A DNA stretch of 63,250 nt, the filler included, from Octopus bimaculoides (taxonomy: Eukaryota), in assembly GCF_001194135.2 (NCBI RefSeq). It is 4 parts of 4 records of this genome, joined end to end, with 100 filler letters (N's around TTAATTAATTAA, not from the genome) between each part and the next. Parts side by side here need not be neighbours in the genome. Positions count along the whole stretch, not along the records: positions 50,394 to 63,250 come from NC_068986.1; 3 more parts are not named here. One strand, 5' to 3'. The translations under genes were made by a program, and so were the position numbers. The notes below the pieces were generated by a model. That model did not search any database. It worked only from the letters and a program-made list of their open reading frames with translations, and was not told the origin of the DNA. Shown here one piece after another: positions 52,059 to 63,250 of the stretch. How positions within the stretch are numbered: the stretch's first letter is position 1; the number at the start of each line of letters is the position of its first letter.

Positions 52059-53775
52059 CCTTTCTATTATAGGCACAAGGGCCTGAAATTTGGGGGAGGG
52101 AGATTGGTCGATTACATCGACCCCAGTACTCAACGGGTACTTAATTTATCAACCCCGAAACGATGAAAGACAAAGTCGACCACGGCAGAATTTGAACTCA
52201 GAACATAGCGACGGGCGAAAAACCGACAAGAATTCCGTCCACCGTGCTAACGATTCTACCAGCTTGCCGCCCTAATACTACTACTACTACTACTAATAAT
52301 AATAATAATAATAATAATAATTTATCTTGATATGAGATCACCATGTCACGCACATATGGTTGTGATGCATGTGCCTGGTGTACCCTTATCAGACGGGTAG
52401 TCATGATGGGTATATTGGGCTTCGTATATTTTACCCCAGTGACATTTTGATGGCATGCACTGTTTTCTCTCTCTCTCTCTCTCTCAATAATAATAATAAT
52501 AATAATAATCCTTTCTATTATAGGCACAAGGCCTGAAATTTGGGGGAAGGGATTGGTCGATTACATTGACCCCAGCACTCAACTGGTACTTAATTTATCA
52601 ATCCCGAAACGATGAACGACAAAGTCGACTTCGGCAGTATTTGAACACAGAATGTAGTGACTGGCGAAAAACCGCTAAGAATTCCGTNNNNNNNNNNNNN
52701 NNNNNNNNNNNNNNNNNNNNNNNNNNNNNNNNNNNNNNNNNNNNNNNNNNNNNNNNNNNNNNNNNNNNNNNNNNNNNNNNNNNNNNNNNNNNNNNNNNNN
52801 NNNNNNNNNNNNNNNNNNNNNNNNNNNNNNNNNNNNNNNNNNNNNNNNNNNNNNNNNNNNNNNNNNNNNNNNNNNNNNNNNNNNNNNNNNNNNNNNNNNN
52901 NNNNNNNNNNNNNNNNNNNNNNNNNNNNNNNNNNNNNNNNNNNNNNNNNNNNNNNNNNNNNNNNNNNNNNNNNNNNNNNNNNNNNNNNNNNNNNNNNNNN
53001 NNNNNNNNNNNNNNNNNNNNNNNNNNNNNNNNNNNNNNNNNNNNNNNNNNNNNNNNNNNNNNNNNNNNNNNNNNNNNNNNNNNNNNNNNNNNNNNNNNNN
53101 NNNNNNNNNNNNNNNNNNNNNNNNNNNNNNNNNNNNNNNNNNNNNNNNNNNNNNNNNNNNNNNNNNNNNNNNNNNNNNNNNNNNNNNNNNNNNNNNNNNN
53201 NNNNNNNNNNNNNNNNNNNNNNNNNNNNNNNNNNNNNNNNNNNNNNNNNNNNNNNNNNNNNNNNNNNNNNNNNNNNNNNNNNNNNNNNNNNNNNNNNNNN
53301 NNNNNNNNNNNNNNNNNNNNNNNNNNNNNNNNNNNNNNNNNNNNNNNNNNNNNNNNNNNNNNNNNNNNNNNNNNNNNNNNNNNNNNNNNNNNNNNNNNNN
53401 NNNNNNNNNNNNNNNNNNNNNNNNNNNNNNNNNNNNNNNNNNNNNNNNNNNNNNNNNNNNNNNNNNNNNNNNNNNNNNNNNNNNNNNNNNNNNNNNNNNN
53501 NNNNNNNNNNNNNNNNNNNNNNNNNNNNNNNNNNNNNNNNNNNNNNNNNNNNNNNNNNNNNNNNNNNNNNNNNNNNNNNNNNNNNNNNNNNNNNNNNNNN
53601 NNNNNNNNNNNNNNNNNNNNNNNNNNNNNNNNNNNNNNNNNNNNNNNNNNNNNNGTTCAACTGGTACTTATTTTATCGACCACGAAACGATGAAAGGCAA
53701 AGTCGACCTCGGCAGAATTTGAACTCAGAACGTAGCAAGGGGCGAAATACTGCTAAGCATTCCGTCCAGCGTGCT
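51020..53775 (-). mobile_element. Cluster of about 8 family B SINE copies or fragments
   Basis: Approximate copies at 51020-51175, 51197-51400, 51410-51557, 51715-51920, 51935-52015 (partial), 52058-52275, 52508-52687 and 53655-53775; all minus strand. Confidence 0.85.
52320..52487 (+). mobile_element. (AAT)n-tailed interspersed repeat, 5'-truncated copy
   Basis: tttatcttgatatgagatcaccatgtcacgcacatatgg...; flanked by (AAT)n on both sides. Confidence 0.75.
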
Positions 53776-53792
53776 ACTACTAATACTACGAC

Positions 53793-53877
53793 GAAGAAGA
53801 AGAAGAAGAAGAAGAAGAAGAAGAAGAAGAAGAAGAAGAAGAAGAAGAAGAAGGATGATGATGATGATGATGATGAT
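53793..53877. repeat. (GAA)n(GAT)n microsatellite
   Basis: Directly visible. Confidence 0.95.
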
Positions 53878-54384
53878 TTCTTTTATTGGCCACAGAAGCG
53901 CAAGACATGGAGGACAATATCGAAGGACGAGTTACAGCACAGCAAAATTATTGCAAAAAAACAAAAACATGTGGGGTTAACATCTATCAAGGGGCGATAC
54001 TAAAACAGTAAAGGATATAACAGAGGATATATAATGGAAAGTAGAGAAATAGATAATAAATAAAGAAATAGCATCCTGTATAGCGGGGCAGTCAACTTAG
54101 GGTAATGGGGGGGGGGTGACCCCACTCAAAAATCCTGGATTACTGTGCCATTTCCAAGGCATGAGAAAGTTCCCTCTTACAGTTTTTTTCCTCCTGCTTA
54201 GAAAAGCATATTCAGAGTAGATCCATTCAGTCTCACCAGTCTTAATAACAACAACAACAACAATAATAATAATAATAATGATGATGATGGTGGTGATGAT
54301 AAACACACTGGAAGGCAAAACCTCCCTCTCTACCCTCACTTTTCTCTTCAAATGATATAATAATAATAATAATAATGTAAAAAA

Positions 54385-55280
54385 ATGCCACAGAACCGCT
54401 ATTATTAGAAGACGGTCAGGCTTGTGTAGGATGAAAGATTGCAAAGATAAAGCACTATACAAGAAATTGGAAACGAATGAAACTGAAAATAGGGGGTAAA
54501 GAAAAGAATGCACAGTCAATTTCATAGGGATGTTGAAAATAAGACAGACAGAGATGCCTGTGGGTGGCTGTAGATGACTAAAAGTGATTTAAAACTGGAA
54601 ACGGAGGCTCTAATCTGTGCTGCCCAAGAGCAAGCACGAAGAACAAACTACATAAAATACAAAATAGACAACACATCAGAAAGTGATAAGTGCAGAATCT
54701 GTGGACAAAACGGTGAAACCGTATGGCATATTACCACCCAAGGTACGCCACTAGCCCAGAAGAAATATAAGAGACGCTACGTCAATATAGCCAAGCTTGT
54801 CCATTGGACACTTTGCAACAAGCATGGACTTAACAGAGCAAAAAATTGGTACGACAACAAACCTGAAGTTATCATCGAAAATGATAATGCCAAGATCCTG
54901 TGGAATTTTATGATTCAGTGCGACCATGAGATAGAGAATAGGAAGCCAGACATAGTCTTAATTGAGAAAGAAAACAAACTGTGCTGGATCATAGATATAG
55001 CATGCCCAGCTGACAACAAGGTATGCGATAAGGAAGAAAGAAAAGTCGAGAGATTTGACAGGTCAGCTTGGGAAGTTAAGCAGTTGTGGTCGATGAAAAA
55101 GGTAGCAGTAGTACCAATAATTGTCGGAGCCCTGGGAACAGTGAGCAAAATCTCGAGAAGTACGTGGAACAAATAGGGCTGCAATAAGGGTGGAGCACTT
55201 GCAGAAAACAGCACTGCTTGGAATCGCTCGAATACCCCGGAAGGTGCTCGAAAAATAAGAAGTGTTACCTTAGTTCACTG
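54385..55280 (+). mobile_element. R4/Dong-type (restriction-like endonuclease) non-LTR retrotransposon 3' fragment, decayed
   Basis: LKLETEALICAAQEQA, zinc-knuckle remnant CRICG...ETVWH, RLE motif RKPDIV...IIDIACP, VPIIVGALG. After frameshifts LQKTALLGIARIPRKVLEK* ends at 55258. Confidence 0.88.
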
Positions 55281-55679
55281 NNNNNNNNNNNNNNNNNNNN
55301 NNNNNNNNNNNNNNNNNNNNNNNNNNNNNNNNNNNNNNNNNNNNNNNNNNNNNNNNNNNNNNNNNNNNNNNNNNNNNNNNNNNNNNNNNNNNNNNNNNNN
55401 NNNNNNNNNNNNNNNNNNNNNNNNNNNNNNNNNNNNNNNNNNNNNNNNNNNNNNNNNNNNNNNNNNNNNNNNNNNNNNNNNNNNNNNNNNNNNNNNNNNN
55501 NNNNNNNNNNNNNNNNNNNNNNNNNNNNNNNNNNNNNNNNNNNNNNNNNNNNNNNNNNNNNNNNNNNNNNNNNNNNNNNNNNNNNNNNNNNNNNNNNNNN
55601 NNNNNNNNNNNNNNNNNNNNNNNNNNNNNNNNNNNNNNNNNNNNNNNNNNNNNNNNNNNNNNNNNNNNNNNNNNNNNNN

Positions 55680-56122
55680 TAAAAAGATGAGCTACAGCAA
55701 ATATTCTGCTCAATACCACAGATTTGCTTGTCAGTTGTTTGGCCATAACCAGTTGAGCATGACCCTTGGTGGCTGACGATATGTGCATCTCTGATCATGA
55801 GCAGAAGTAGTGAGGGAGCATCATAGCCATGTGTTGAGAGGAATTCTTTGGTGCTTGAATAATTCACCCTTGGAAACATGGATGTTTTGCTCAACATCCT
55901 TAAACATATCTTATTCAGGGACCTTTTGAGCGGGATGGGCTACTCGACCTCACTTGCAAGATCATGCGCTGTTTATCTGGATATGAGATCACCATGTCGC
56001 GCACATATGGTTGTGATGCATGTGCCTGGTGTACCCTTATCAGAGGTGTAGTCATGATGGGTATAATGGGCTTCGTATATTTGTACCCCAGTGTCACTTT
56101 GATGGCAGTGCTCTCTCACTCA
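55680..56122 (+). mobile_element. (AAT)n-tailed interspersed repeat, long copy
   Basis: Shares its 3' end (...gatggca(tgca)gtgctctctcactc + (AAT)n) with 52320-52487 and 56641-56946. Confidence 0.75.
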
Positions 56123-56131
56123 ATAATAATT

Positions 56132-56159
<28 letters not shown>

Positions 56160-56162
<3 letters not shown>

Positions 56163-56596
56163 TCCTTTCTATTATAGGAACAAGTCCTGAAATTTGGGGG
56201 AGGAGGCTAGTCGATTACATTGAGCCCAGTGTTTCACTGGTACTTAATCTATCGAGCCCGAAAAGAAGAAAAGCAAAGTTGACCGCAGCAGAATTTGAAC
56301 TCAGAACGTAGCGACGGACGAAATACCGCTAAGCGTTTTGCCCAGCGTGCTAACGATTCTTATTTCCTTATTGCCCACAAGGGGCTAAACATAGAGGGAA
56401 CAAACAAGGAAAGACAAAGGGATTAAGTCGATTACACTGACCCCAGTGTGTAACTGGTACTTAATTTATCGACCCCCGAAACGATGAAAAGCAATGTCGA
56501 CCTCGACGGAATTTGAACACAGAACGTAACGGCAGACGAAATACCGCTAAGCACTTCGCCCGGCGTGCTAACGTTTCTGCCAAATTGCTGCCTTCC

Positions 56597-56597
<1 letters not shown>
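56160..56597 (-). mobile_element. Two tandem family B SINE copies
   Basis: Copies at 56160-56360 and 56420-56597. Confidence 0.85.
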
Positions 56598-56640
<43 letters not shown>

Positions 56641-56946
56641 TTGTTTTGTCTTGGTATAAAAGATAGGCTACAGCAAATATTCTGCTTAATACCACAGATT
56701 TGCTTGTCAGTTGCTTGACCTTAACCAGTTGAGCATGGCCCTTGGTGGATGACGATNNNNNNNNNNGGCCCCACCTGCGAGGTCATGCGCTGTTTATCTT
56801 GATATGAGATCACCATGTCACGCACATATGGTTGTGATGCATGTGCCTGGTGTACCCTTATCAGACGGGTAGTCATGATGGGTATAATGGGCTTCGTATA
56901 TTTTACCCCAGTGTCACTTTGATGGCATGCACTGCTTTCTCACTCA
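56641..56946 (+). mobile_element. (AAT)n-tailed interspersed repeat, copy with an internal gap
   Basis: Matches the start and end of 55680-56122; flanked by (AAT)n on both sides. Confidence 0.75.
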
Positions 56947-57526
56947 ATAATCATAATAATAATAATAATAATAACAATAATAATAATAATAAACAGTGAT
57001 TTTGAATTCAATTGATTTCAGGTGTACCGCATCTGCATTTATGCGTACAGGAGCAGCACGAGAGTATTGTTTCTCGAGGACAAAGAGAGTGGAATTGCAG
57101 GATGGATCGGTGTAAAAAAGTTTGTTCCAAACCGTGCTGTAATGGAGCGCATTTCAAAATTTTATTTATACCATGCTATTGCGTATGCTGAAGTATTTTT
57201 CGACAAAGTTTGAATTTATAAAAGATATCAACGTGGGAAATTTGTCAGGATGATAACTACCTTTACTTCTCTTCATGGGCTTCATTATCATCCCTAACCA
57301 GATCTGATGTTTTTATGAATTACCTACAGGAGAATGAACAACAAGAACAAAGATAAGAACAAAAGCCATCGTTTCGTATTATTTGATGTATTTTTCTTCT
57401 TTTTTTTATATATATTTACTCTGGAGTTCTATCTGTAAAGAATAAAATCTAGAAAATACACTTTTGAAGTCTTTATTGATTATTTTCGTTAATTTTGTTG
57501 GTTGACAACTTTCATTTGTAATATCG

Positions 57527-57736
57527 CTTTCAAATTTTGGCACAAGGCCAGCAATTTCGGGGGAGGAGGTAAGTCGATTACATCGACCCTAGTGTTCAAC
57601 TGGTACTTATTTTATCGATCCCTTAAAGATGAAAACAAAGCCGACCTCGGTGGAATTTGAACTCAGAACGTAAAGACGGTTGAAATGCCGCTAAGCATTT
57701 TGCTCGGCGTGCTGACGATTCTGCCAGTTGGCTGCC
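57527..57736 (-). mobile_element. SINE family B
   Basis: Aligns with the 20166 copy. Confidence 0.88.
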
Positions 57737-58169
57737 ATATCTAGACTTGTAATATCGTCTGAAATCATCATCTTTGATGATTTCAATGTTCATAGCTCTT
57801 GGTTCGAACCAACAAGTCGGGCTCTATATGATAATTCGACTTCCTAAAGGCAGCAAGCAAATCTTCCCCATCTAACACACAACCACCTTAAAAATGAGAA
57901 CACATCACATAACGTAGTCTTAGGCACAGTATGTCTGGACAGAAAAAACAAACAGCTGGTCACAATTGTAATACTCTTTAACGCAGTGCTGATCTGGAGC
58001 TAAACAACAACTACTCTACTTGGAGTTTACTTCTGACACAGCAAGGACCAAATTGTTTGGCATTCTGTATTATCTACACCAGTTAAATATCCTTATATTC
58101 CCGTAACCCTGAGCAATACATAAAGCATTATGCGCCTCAAATGCTCTTTGGATACTTCCATGTTAGAAA

Positions 58170-58343
58170 GGGTTTTAATCAAAGAAATTTTAATTCTATT
58201 ATTCTGTAAAATAATATTTAATTAGTTTTAATGTACACAAATGCATAAAAATAATTTTTAATTTCATTAGACATTGTAAAATACTATTAAATTTCATTCA
58301 ATTTTAAAAGAAGGTAAAATCGGACAAAACTTATGGGATGACC
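58170..58343. mobile_element. Solo mariner-like terminus
   Basis: AAAACTTATGGGATGACCTGATA followed by TA resembles a mariner right TIR; no partner TIR found. Confidence 0.3.
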
Positions 58344-59050
58344 TGATATATATCGCTTTGGAATCATGAGTGCACCAAACCTCACGTGTGCGTATGCTCA
58401 CATTTTTGCGGATGTTTATATGAGCGAGTGTACTCGCGCCATGCAGCTTGCCCGAGGGCGTTTATACATCCATATCTGTTAACGGTTATTTTAAAGATTT
58501 TTCTAGCTGGATTGCGTGCTCGTTTCTCTTTTCGCCATCTGTGATTTTTGACGACATTTCTGGTTGCTTTTGTCTCTANNNNNNNNNNNNNNNNNNNNNN
58601 NNNNNNNNNNNNNNNNNNNNNNNNNNNNNNNNNNNNNNNNNNNNNNNNNNNNNNNNNNNNNNNNNNNNNNNNNNNNNNNNNNNNNNNNNNNNNNNNNNNN
58701 NNNNNNNNNNNNNNNNNNNNNNNNNNNNNNNNNNNNNNNNNNNNNNNNNNNNNNNNNNNNNNNNNNNNNNNNNNNNNNNNNNNNNNNNNNNNNNNNNNNN
58801 NNNNNNNNNNNNNNNNNNNNNNNNNNNNNNNNNNNNNNNNNNNNNNNNNNNNNNNNNNNNNNNNNNNNNNNNNNNNNNNNNNNNNNNNNNNNNNNNNNNN
58901 NNNNNNNNNNNNNNNNNNNNNNNNNNNNNNNNNNNNNNNNNNNNNNNNNNNNNNNNNNNNNNNNNNNNNNNNNNNNNNNNNNNNNNNNNNNNNNNNNNNN
59001 NNNNNNNNNNNNNNNNNNNNNNNNNNNNNNNNNNNNNNNNNNNNNNTGAA

Positions 59051-59084
<34 letters not shown>

Positions 59085-59234
59085 CACGGAGGCAACCAGG
59101 GTTGCCTGGTATGCAAATAAGAATACAAGAGTTAACGGATGGGGTAGATAAGATCCGGACTACATATGTTTATGGATTTTATGCACATATGTAGCCCGGA
59201 TCTTATCTACTCCATTCCTTAACTCTTGTGTACC

Positions 59235-59268
<34 letters not shown>

Positions 59269-59818
59269 AACAATATAATAACAACAAAACAACTACGGCC
59301 ACTCCTCAATACTAGCACAATTGATGAACTATTAAACTCCTAAATCTGCTAACTGTAAATAAAGTAAAATTATGAACAGACGAAACCCCAAAATATACCG
59401 CTATTCTCAATGTGAGAGACTATGCATAACCAGTGACTGTAGTTTCATCCACTTATCTGGCACAAGAGGAGCAATTCGTACAAGCCATACCAACCAACGC
59501 CAAACCACACATCTTATAAGATCACCACGACTACTAAATGCTCAATCACACTTAAGAACTTCTACATATGTAACCCGGAATCCTAAAATATTTTGCTACT
59601 CCTAATATGAAAGATTATGTCTGATGTGTGACTATCCTTTCACTCATCTTCCAGGGAATGCATGTGCTAGTTAAAGCATGATACTAAACCACCACCAAAT
59701 CCACAGTAGAAACATTCCCTACAGTGGCAGTGTTGGTCCAGACTTTCATCGAAACCCAGAAGTAATTCATTTATCTACTGGGTACAATAGTAAAATCACA
59801 GCCGCAAACCATATAACT

Positions 59819-60060
59819 TGTGGGGATGAAATGAACCGAAAGGAAAGGGCTGTTAAGTCAATGACCAAGAGGCCTGGCCGGAACAGGAAGGGGAAAGAGA
59901 AAGTGAAGGAAGCAAAACCAGGGTGATTCTCTTTCGGTCTGGTGCAGTCGCCGTGAACAGACATCAGTGGAGCGAATAAGGGATTGGTAGTAGCAGCTGC
60001 TAATATTGGGTGAGACGAGTAGGGCATGTGTTTGGACTTAGCACAACTGGTCAGCCAACA
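59819..60060 (+). mobile_element. Candidate 5' LTR and primer-binding site of the Gypsy remnant
   Basis: TG at 59819 to CACA at 60045, a 2-nt spacer, then TGG at 60048, about 120 nt upstream of the gag ATG. No second LTR was seen to confirm it. Confidence 0.3.
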
Positions 60061-60177
60061 ACGAGAGGTAAGTGAACCATATCTTATTTCCCCGCATTAC
60101 AGTTCCCTCGTGCCACAAGCTATTTCGCTTCTCGTGTATAAATATATTTTTCCATTGTTGTTGTCCCCTTCCATGAT

Positions 60178-60600
60178 ATGGCAGCGAAGATAAGAATCAG
60201 CAGCGATGCCGTCAGACCTTTCTATAGCGAAGGATCCGAAAGATCAAGGTGGTGCCCAGGCTACAAGATATCGACGATGTAGCAGGTCTTATGACCCTGT
60301 ACCTGGAGGGAAACGAGTTGGCGCTGAACCTCGAGATGGACGAGGAAGACCAATTGAGCGTGGCGAAAATCGAGCAGCGCTTGAGGGAAGCCTGTACGGA
60401 GGGAACGTACGGTGCGTTTGCTAAGCTGGGAACGGTCAGGCGGACAGGGAACAGGCCGATGAGTATGGCGCGGAGGTTCGGAGACTGGCCATGCTATCCG
60501 GTTTTACCGGAGAGGGTCTACAGAAGGCAGCACAGCTGGCCTCCCTTGCACAGCGAGGGAGACCTTGCGCAGTGAGAAAAGACATGTGATGCACTCAGCG
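60178..60600 (+). mobile_element. Ty3/Gypsy gag remnant with frameshifts
   Basis: Stitched frames give MAAKIRISSDAVRPFY...KIKVVPRLQDIDDVAGLMTLYLEGNELALNLEM...IEQRLREA...EVRRLAMLSGFTGEGLQKA, resembling invertebrate Gypsy gag N-termini I recognise. Confidence 0.7.
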
Positions 60601-61015
60601 AAACGCACCTGACCCCAGACATATTGGATGCGGAAGTACATCTGTTGGGTTTTGTACTACTCAGAACTAACAACAGAACAATGGAAACAAAGAGAAATAG
60701 TGATCTTTATCCCAAAAGATCTGGAAACAAATGTTGTCCTCTCTCACTCCAACACAGTGTGCGATATACCACCAGATACAACACTTTCGAAATCACGAGC
60801 AAGATCACTTAATTGTACCAGTCTGATATGAAGAGGTTCGCAATTGTTCAACTGCCTGCCTAAAGTAATTGGAAACATAAAAGAGACTTCTAAACTAACA
60901 ATAATACTGGACTAGTCAGTCATTCGAGGATGCACTCAGAGAAGATCAGCTGTTACCAATTCAATCACAGACCAAAGCCTAGACAGTGGATTTGGTAGGC
61001 GGAAATGAAGACCGT

Positions 61016-61047
<32 letters not shown>

Positions 61048-61109
61048 TGCGTGTGTGTGTGTGTCTGTCTGTGTCAGTGTGTCTGTGTGTGCAGTCTTTC
61101 AAATTATTA

Positions 61110-61282
61110 ACGACGTAATATTTGTTTTTCAGTTGTATTTGTTTGTCCGTGGACAAGATATCCCAAGAACCGCTGGATGGATTCGAATGAAACTTTCAGG
61201 GATGCTTGGCCTCGTGACTGGCACGAACTGATTAGATTTTGGGATCGTTCTAGTACCGGACAAGGATTCTGGATTATTTTTG

Positions 61283-61285
<3 letters not shown>
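61110..61285. mobile_element. Second, inverted copy of the 24843-25135 repeat
   Basis: gtgactggcacgaactgattagattttgg...gtaccggacaaggattctggattatttt is the reverse complement of 25015-25085. Confidence 0.6.
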
Positions 61286-61313
<28 letters not shown>

Positions 61314-61759
61314 AGGGACGACCGTGCGAACTCAAAAAGGAGCAATGGTGACGAATGGAAAAACAGAGGACTCCTTTTATTTAAACGTGTCACACGGTCG
61401 AACACACAAATAATATATCGAAGATGATATACTTGATATGTTATGCGACGATAACATAGATGACCAGTAATGAAAGACCACNNNNNNNNNNNNNNNNNNN
61501 NNNNNNNNNNNNNNNNNNNNNNNNNNNNNNNNNNNNNNNNNNNNNNNNNNNNNNNNNNNNNNNNNNNNNNNNNNNNNNNNNACTGAACCTGAATCTATGT
61601 GATTGGAAAGTGAATTTCTTAATAGGTTAAGGAAACATACCAACCACTCTTGCCAAATTAACAAGATGATCTACACCACAGACTTAACTGGCAACCATGT
61701 TTATCCCCCCAAAAAAGCCCAGAGATAGTTGGCCACAGGATAAATATAAAAACTCACAC

Positions 61760-62076
61760 TCCATCGGTTACAACGATGAGGGTTCCATTTGATCTGATCA
61801 ACGGAATAGCTTACTCATGATATTAACATGCAAGTCGCTGAGTGCTCCACAGACACATGTACCCTTAATATAGTTTTCGGGGAGATTCAACGTGACATAG
61901 AGTGCGACAAGGCTGCACCTTTGAAATACAGGTATTGCTCGTTTTTGCCAGCTGAGTGGACAGGAGCAACGTGAAATAAAGTGTCTTGCTCAAAGACACA
62001 ATGTGCCACCATGAATGAAACAACAGCCAAATAATCGTGAGCCAAACACCCTAATCACTAAGCCACAAGCCTTCAC
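61760..62076 (-). mobile_element. SINE family C
   Basis: Aligns with 15985-16300. Confidence 0.88.
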
Positions 62077-63250
62077 ACCAAATAAATACATGGACGATGG
62101 CTGGATAGATTGTCCAAAATGTGTGTAACGTGCTTACATTGTCAGCAAGCATGAATGGTCATATGGCCAATTCTGTTTAGTTTTGTACACACTAAGTATC
62201 CATCCCAGCTTTACAGTTAGGACAATTTTATTTTTAAATCATCAATAATCCTTCACCAAAAGACATTGTTTCTAATTTAATCTTAACTTACCTTAAAATT
62301 GTCGATTTTGCCTTTAACTAATTCATTTTTAGCAAGAGCTTTTTCTAGGCATTCTTTGGTATAAAGATGTGGGTTTTTCCCTCTATCAATGCAACTGAAA
62401 AAAATATAGAAAACTTATTAAGGAAAAAACTATTGTATATATTGTCAAAATTATTTTATATATATATCGTTGCTATTATGTTAAACTGTCATATGTCCAA
62501 ATTTGGCCAAATGCATTTATCTTCAATATTTATTTTTGCCTGCAATAGCCAGTTCTTTTGGTCAAACTATCATATCTCCAGCTGCTTCAGATGCCAAGTT
62601 ATCAAAAATTGTCAAAGTGTAGTACAACAGTTTTGCTATGGAATAGTGGAACTATTTTTCCATTTACTGGAAAAGCAACATTTTGGACTTACAACACTTT
62701 TGCATAATAGCAACGATATATATTTCTATCTGCTAAGAGATAGGAGCAGTGTGATTACTAAATGTTTAAAATGTTAGACATATTTTCCTTTACGACTATA
62801 GTTCATGTCATGCTGTCAGGTAAGGTCTCAGTCATTTGTCATTGCCTCCATGAGGCCCAACACTTGAAAGGGGGCTTTTCACATGCCAGTGGCATTGGCC
62901 ACTTTGCCTCTGTGAGGCCCAACACTCAAAAGGTGCTTTTTACATGCCAGTTACATGGCACCAGCATCAGCCATGACTACTGTTATGTTTCTCTCGGACT
63001 GACTCGCAGAGATAACATAACGAGTTGTACAATTTAATTATTACATTTATTATTCAATTATATACAAAGAACGCACTCACCCAATGTTCGTTATGAATAA
63101 ACAAAAGTCATGTCCGCCATATATATATCAATGACATTTTACTACGACAGTCCCACAAGACAACAACAATGAAACAATGAACTCAGACGAACCACATGAC
63201 ACACGGAACGTCAGACGAATTACATATCTAACAGTCCATATAACAACTAC

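Noticed and set aside
62795-62826. CAG|GTAAGG donor-like site
   Set aside because: No upstream acceptor or reading frame resembling GPCR TM6-7.

Overview
AT-rich, microsatellite-dense eukaryotic genomic DNA with many assembly gaps. The SINE repertoire looks like an octopus genome (inference, no database search). The only protein-coding gene I can support is a + strand rhodopsin-type (class A) peptide GPCR. Its first two coding exons (4508-4895 and 9803-10236, TM1-TM5, 274 codons) splice in frame. The TM6-TM7 exon was not found, so the remaining ~53 kb is probably one large intron or the exon lies in a gap. The rest is repeats: three tRNA-derived SINE families (called A, B, C here), decayed RTE, R4/Dong-type, Gypsy-gag and mariner remnants, MITE/foldback elements and simple repeats. 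The most striking observation is an apparently intact type I hammerhead ribozyme fold at 50551-50608 on the gene's sense strand, with several weaker Penelope/retrozyme-type hammerhead motifs elsewhere. Also notable are a polarised SINE/(TAA)n/R4 nesting array at 51-57.7 kb and several long fold-back hairpins. Most ORFs in the supplied track are microsatellite or N-run artefacts.
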